The notes under the pieces are model-generated. The model worked only from the letters and a program-made list of their open reading frames with translations. It searched no databases and was not told where the DNA came from. The position numbers and the translations under genes are program-made. This document shows, one piece after another, positions 58,501 to 64,000 of a stretch of 64,000 nucleotides of DNA (the stretch's first letter is position 1; every line of letters starts with the position of its first letter). Source of the DNA: an uncultured Alphaproteobacteria bacterium (GTDB lineage Bacteria > Pseudomonadota > Alphaproteobacteria > Rs-D84). The stretch lies in contig CALDAH010000024.1 of assembly GCA_937903135.1 (NCBI GenBank), positions 18,471-82,470 of the forward strand. The letters are read 5' to 3'.

Positions 58501-58682
58501 GTACGGCAGGTGCATTGTTGATTAACAAGGCCACCCGTGACATCCAGCAAACAAATCTGGATAAGGCACAAAGAGAGGCCTATGATGAATGGATGAATGC
58601 GATCGGGCGTCATATCAACTGCTATATCGGCGCAGAAGAAGCCGGACAGTATGGTGATATCGTATCAACGTCGCTGGAATAA
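55557..58682 (+). CDS. Giant cysteine-rich secreted or surface protein (1041 aa) with an internally duplicated Cys module.
   Basis: The signal peptide MFVLKKTISFIAVFSVLPAAFAVTA follows an SD (ggagtgag). An Asn/Thr-rich stretch comes next. Two modules of about 95 aa are clearly repeated (…CIEAYTSCMKSADACGPNFEECTNK…C…C and …CVRRYTSCLKKDTVCGNDFELCTTN…C…C). Further Cys-pair motifs follow. The C-terminal region has Gly-rich hydrophobic stretches (LTILGGLGGTTGGAFLG and GVSTVAMGTAGALLI). Confidence 0.55.
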   Translation: MFVLKKTISFIAVFSVLPAAFAVTARPSIVMKASPRMPTMTANINNNNTTTSGTTVNSSTLLANAECIEAYTSCMKSADACGPNFEECTNKVLFHGKMPQCLSTLAQCSAAGVTSLYGTSNTAALSTVASTNSYGEVTNYTYPTDGSVLGQLITGAAITNRYDTSTCVRRYTSCLKKDTVCGNDFELCTTNAEFKKQRVFCDSTLARCQGEGITELFGSASLTAAPSASSRVGEMIAEGAALAAVNAVSTCYKVIDNCILGACAANPYKCYENTPVVNAELADAINSGDDKNPDINNTDTTTASSVAAYIRNSCKDTIGANKYCYATFIGNGNMPTASQLRDEDNQDEIYSEAYSARMGDGMKAQITELVNKFDTKAKNKCIDTIKSCAMRVCGSGSGAACYSQVFGSTSKSINAGNNYNEIKTGCAAIVNTDANCKYAAKNTTGVGTYSYAFINTDAFDTLFPEYDTNSTDNDPIGVIASLNASLANSYSDAAIAQMKKQCQSVASSCVKSMCGADYQNCYRNRTDVYSSLTDTGDTRFDKSMNKVGGVLDYTIVLGLCVDTVKNASVCEEHLAIEQQKLKMNNSNAATSWGDANNVRGGWIDAGSTSKMEFAAESVQAVDENGNNLCTVKGGTEQGVCYTVDANGKVYDTPAMISYSTYVESQAANTLFKDLIYDLEIEAQAKYNAKLTKEQNMCMANNDGGLMGNRDAGSTFMWVKLRSAKVPANYATAGLTPKQFVASNDLYGSFCRVRVTLQSDDRRIQDVINKGADWATAYFATGDVFTCGSWIPAEALEEIAKDVAKDATEDQAAAQKRTRTWLTILGGLGGTTGGAFLGESIRTGNTLGGLTGLGDGNKADKSSKTDAKMCLNNLEYAADDLNDDSLSNAAYSIDTAISYAKKAKVSDSALTVASNAASNLRKVVDESSVSAENKTVDKTTAIREAETAIRNLETLCERVDDEKSDKDNSGKGWITGVSTVAMGTAGALLINKATRDIQQTNLDKAQREAYDEWMNAIGRHINCYIGAEEAGQYGDIVSTSLE

Positions 58683-58710
58683 AAAAATCGCCCCATATGG
58701 GGCGATTTTA
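58681..58710 (+). terminator. Rho-independent terminator after the giant Cys-rich gene.
   Basis: aaaaaaatcgccccatatggggcgatttta. Confidence 0.65.
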
Positions 58711-59332
58711 TTGATGTATAATCAACGCCTGTGGCGTTTTATATCCGGCCCTGGGATGATATATGCGCCAGAGGGGGAATGTTCCAACAGCGGATGCTGA
58801 ATAATCAAACGCATATATCGGTTGCCTAAAATAATAAATCGCACATCCCATAATATCGCTGCCGCCCTGTTCGTGATTGGTGTATCTCCAATTTTTTTTC
58901 AGGTATTCATGTGCCCTAGAATATCGCTGCGCACCGTTCGGGGTTTATATATATCTTTGTATGGTTTATATGCATTCGCATGCGGCGTCCCCCGATTTAT
59001 TATTGAATAACATATATTTTTGATTGTGCGAATCGGACGCCCCGGCGTGGCGTTTGTGCGGGGGCCTTTTGGCATGTTATTTCATCTCCATAAACCCAGA
59101 GACGTGCCGCCGCACCCGCGGGATGCCCGATATTTTAATAAAAATTTCCCGGCGGTTTCCGGGCGGACCGGCAGTTACCGGTTTTTTTCTCTGGCGCGCA
59201 TTGGGCCGCACGATGTATGCATATATTATATACTAAATGATATTTTTTCCCCTGAATACGAACTTTTGCGCCGCATGTATGCCGGGGGAATTATGTATTG
59301 CCCGCGGCCGGTCGGGACGATGCGGTAAAATA

Positions 59333-59356
59333 AAAATCCCCGGGCGGGGATTTTTT
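59333..59356. terminator. Terminator (aaaatccccgggcggggatttttt) at the 3' end of the minus-strand secreted-protein gene.
   Basis: Perfect GC stem with flanking A- and T-runs. Confidence 0.6.
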
Positions 59357-60647
59357 ATGGACACATCTCCAATTGATTTAAAACATTTTGAACGTCGTTA
59401 TTAACCGATACCGTTATCTCGCGCTGCAGGCCATCGGTGTATGTATAATAAAACTTTTGGCGGGCAAATTCCGGCATCTGTTTATATACCTCGGCAAACG
59501 GGGCCAGCATTGCGCTGAACCATTGGCGTCCGCGGCACAGACATCCGTTTCGTACGTCCGCCGCAACTGCCGCCGTCGCGGTATTCGGGTATTTCGTATC
59601 AAAGTCTTTGTCCGTCATCATTAAACAGCGCGCCCCTAGGCCGTAAAAATTAGCATCATCGGCCAAGAATTTATATACCAGGCCATCGGATGCCCCCGCC
59701 TGGCGCAGGGAATATGCCATCCCGTCTGTACAGCATGCGTTTGCCGACCCCATTAGCATTTTATAGCGCTGCAGCAACGGCGCGGCCGCCGGATGTGATG
59801 CGCTAATCTCAGGGTTGCAGCGGGCGGCGTTGATAAATTCCGCCATATTTATATCACGGATTTTCGGGCTTCGCGGCGATACGGTTTCGCGAATTATTGG
59901 TTTTCTGCGCCATATCTCGCATTCGGTCTCGGCCTCAAACGGGCAGCCATCGGCGCGGCCGAATGTCTGCTCTACTATCACCGTCATATCCTGGGCGGTA
60001 TATTCCGGGCGCGGCGCAGGAACGGCGACAGCCTCTGGGGCGGGGGGCGTTTCTGTGACCGAAACGTTTTCGGCCCAGATATTCCCGGATGGCCGTTTAG
60101 GGCTCAGCAGCTCTTCTACGCGGGCACGCGTCGCCGCCGCATCCGCCATATTTTGGTTATATAGCTCGGTTATATTTATATCTTCGGTCATTACCGCCGG
60201 TGCGATCGGCCGAGTGTCTGCCTCGCGCAGGTAAATCTCGGGCAGTGGCTCTAAGAACCAGTCGCTAAAATCCTTGGACTTATAATTTACAATAGAATCG
60301 TCCCAGATCGGAACGCCATCGCGCCAGTCCACCGTTTTATCCGCCGCGCGTGCGGTATATTTACCCGTCGTGCCATCCCATAATGGCGCACGAGTATCCG
60401 CCGGGACCGGCTTTATAGATAATGTTTTTACCGAACGCATTGGAATCTGCGTTGCATATATATATTCCGTCGGACCGGCATATGACGGTACGGCCGCCAT
60501 CGGGGCGGGTAATACTGCCGGCTCTTGAATCTGGTCTATATATAAAGGTTCAATATAACATCCCGCGCCAGTGCATTCGGACGCCATGGCCGGAATTGCC
60601 CCACATAAACATATCAGGGACGAAAAAGTTACAATTTTCATTTTCAT
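59355..60647 (-). CDS. Secreted hypothetical protein.
   Basis: The ORF extends to 60875, but the signal-peptide-like MKMKIVTFSSLICLCGAIPAMASE begins at 60647. The protein is Pro/Ala-rich with 10 or more Cys, and no family was recognised. The start is uncertain. Confidence 0.4.
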   Translation of the reverse strand: MKMKIVTFSSLICLCGAIPAMASECTGAGCYIEPLYIDQIQEPAVLPAPMAAVPSYAGPTEYIYATQIPMRSVKTLSIKPVPADTRAPLWDGTTGKYTARAADKTVDWRDGVPIWDDSIVNYKSKDFSDWFLEPLPEIYLREADTRPIAPAVMTEDINITELYNQNMADAAATRARVEELLSPKRPSGNIWAENVSVTETPPAPEAVAVPAPRPEYTAQDMTVIVEQTFGRADGCPFEAETECEIWRRKPIIRETVSPRSPKIRDINMAEFINAARCNPEISASHPAAAPLLQRYKMLMGSANACCTDGMAYSLRQAGASDGLVYKFLADDANFYGLGARCLMMTDKDFDTKYPNTATAAVAADVRNGCLCRGRQWFSAMLAPFAEVYKQMPEFARQKFYYTYTDGLQREITVSVNNDVQNVLNQLEMCP

Positions 60648-60960
60648 AATACGAATCATATCATAAAAAGCAGTGCTTTGAAAATATAAAATTTGATCTG
60701 GCGGCATTATTAGTAAGGTTTTTTCGGTATATATCGGTATATATAAAACGAATCGTTGCCGATTCTGTCGTATTTTTACAATAAATTTATAAAAATGAAT
60801 CGGTTTTTTGCATAAAACCGAATCGTAAAAGGGGTAAAAAAACAAAAAAATCAAAAAAATAAAAAAATTTTTCAATAGGATAAAATGGCGGAAATCCGGC
60901 GTTTTTCCTATGTTTTTATGGCCGGGGATAAATTTTTTTAAAATTATTTTTCAAAAAGCG

Positions 60961-60966
60961 CTTGAC
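60961..60966 (+). promoter_or_regulatory. Candidate -35 element (TTGACT) of an rRNA promoter (P1).
   Basis: Consensus -35 hexamer in the long leader upstream of the 16S gene. The -10 element is ambiguous. Confidence 0.25.
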
Positions 60967-61196
60967 TTTTGAGAAGATTAGACACATACTAAGCGGGCTT
61001 TCAAGTTGAGAACAAACGAAAAAAAGAAATCTCAACCCCTGAAATTCTGCGGTTTACGGAACAACCAAAAAGAATCGGGTTCTGTTAAATACGCAAACAT
61101 TGTGAATAAAAGCAGCTCATCAAAAGATTTTTGATGCAAATCAAGAATCTGTTCAAGAAGGGATATGCAGACAGTTGAATTTGGAAATATCCAAAC

Positions 61197-61211
61197 TTTG
61201 ACTAAGTCAAA
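61197..61211 (+). promoter_or_regulatory. Perfect 15-nt palindrome TTTGACTaAGTCAAA containing a TTGACT -35-like hexamer (candidate rRNA P2 or regulator site).
   Basis: It lies about 145 nt upstream of the 16S 5' end. Confidence 0.3.
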
Positions 61212-61353
61212 TGTGCATATCCTAGACAGGTAGTAGGTTTACATATTAAACCTCGTTAAAAACTTGTCTTGCGAATATATATATGTAAAGACGAACTGAT
61301 TTATATGTCAGCTTTGTTTAAATGCGCAGGGCTTAAACCACAAGTTTTTTTTA

Positions 61354-62855
<1,502 letters not shown>

Positions 62856-62938
62856 ATAGAGAATACCGTTTACACGAAAACGGTCAAATCCAAAGCGACT
62901 GTCTGAATATCTCTTTTTGAAATGTGCATAGTTTTGCT

Positions 62939-63015
62939 GGGTCAGTAGTTCAGTTGGTTAGAATGCCGCTCTGATACAGCGGAGGTCGAAGATTCGAGTT
63001 CTTCCTGACCCACCA
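62939..63015 (+). tRNA. tRNA-Ile (anticodon GAT) in the 16S-23S spacer.
   Basis: Cloverleaf with acceptor gggtcag/ctgaccc, anticodon loop CUGAUAC, T-loop TTCGAGT, and an encoded CCA. Confidence 0.9.
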
Positions 63016-63319
63016 TATTTGATGAGGTTGGAATCAAAAACATATGTGTGTTTTTGATTCCAGATATTCTGATGGATATCTTCGGGATCTGCTTTTATAG
63101 CAATATATTGTTAATCGGTTTTTATGTCGCAAGTTAAAATTTTATAGAAATATGACTTTTTAATTTGTTGAACATCGTAATCTCAAAAAATCTTTCTAAA
63201 TAGAGTAATCACGAAAGTGATAATTCAATTAGAGAAGCAAGAATCAACTTAAATGCTTAAAAAACTCATTAAGTTCTTTTACTGTGTTTGAAGACTTTCT
63301 CTTCAAGCATAAGATAAAA

Positions 63320-64000
<681 letters not shown>

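Noticed and set aside
60647-60875. N-terminal 76 codons of the 506-aa ORF (MKNFFIFLIF…).
   Set aside because: The Phe/Ile/Tyr-rich translation reflects the AT-rich rRNA-leader-proximal DNA. A convincing signal peptide begins at the internal MKMK (60647), so the extension is probably not translated.

Overview
This window is a 64 kb chromosomal segment from an alphaproteobacterium, judged from the 16S rRNA sequence and gene content, with moderate GC and dense coding on both strands. Most genes are core housekeeping functions. Identified genes include der (5' partial), rpoH with a downstream porin-like OMP, sspB, recF, tRNA-Cys, a tolC-macA-macB efflux operon, infC with an ATT start codon, pal, parB-parA-rsmG flanked by variant parS-like sites, gpsA, xseB-mutS-truB-rpsO, rsmE and an rsuA-like gene, mreB, rnpA-yidD-accB-accC, rlmN-surA-like-lptD-lptG, nusA-infB, ftsK, fabZ-lpxD-skp-like, and dnaX. 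The window ends in an rRNA operon consisting of 16S, tRNA-Ile(GAT) and the 5' part of 23S. No transposase, integrase or CRISPR array was seen. Several canonical operons are broken or fused, which fits a rearranged, host-associated genome. These are rnpA without rpmH, yidD without yidC, truB-rpsO without pnp, skp-lpxD-fabZ without lpxA, nusA-infB without rimP or rbfA, and mreB without mreCD. The most unusual content is a cluster of genes whose products carry prepilin-type (class III) N-terminal signals of the form R-G-x4-E/Q followed by a hydrophobic helix. A 152-aa pilin-like gene is wedged between dnaX and an OmpA-like lipoprotein gene. It is followed by three tandem, translationally coupled genes encoding 400-453 aa 'giant pseudopilin-like' proteins, then a zinc-ribbon/TM protein and a small secreted protein. 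Other notable items are an orphan VirD4/TraG-family type IV coupling protein, two cysteine-rich secreted proteins (one of 1041 aa with an internally duplicated Cys module, one with eukaryote-like CxxCPxG repeats), TPR-repeat membrane proteins, and a dispersed family of near-identical palindromic terminators.
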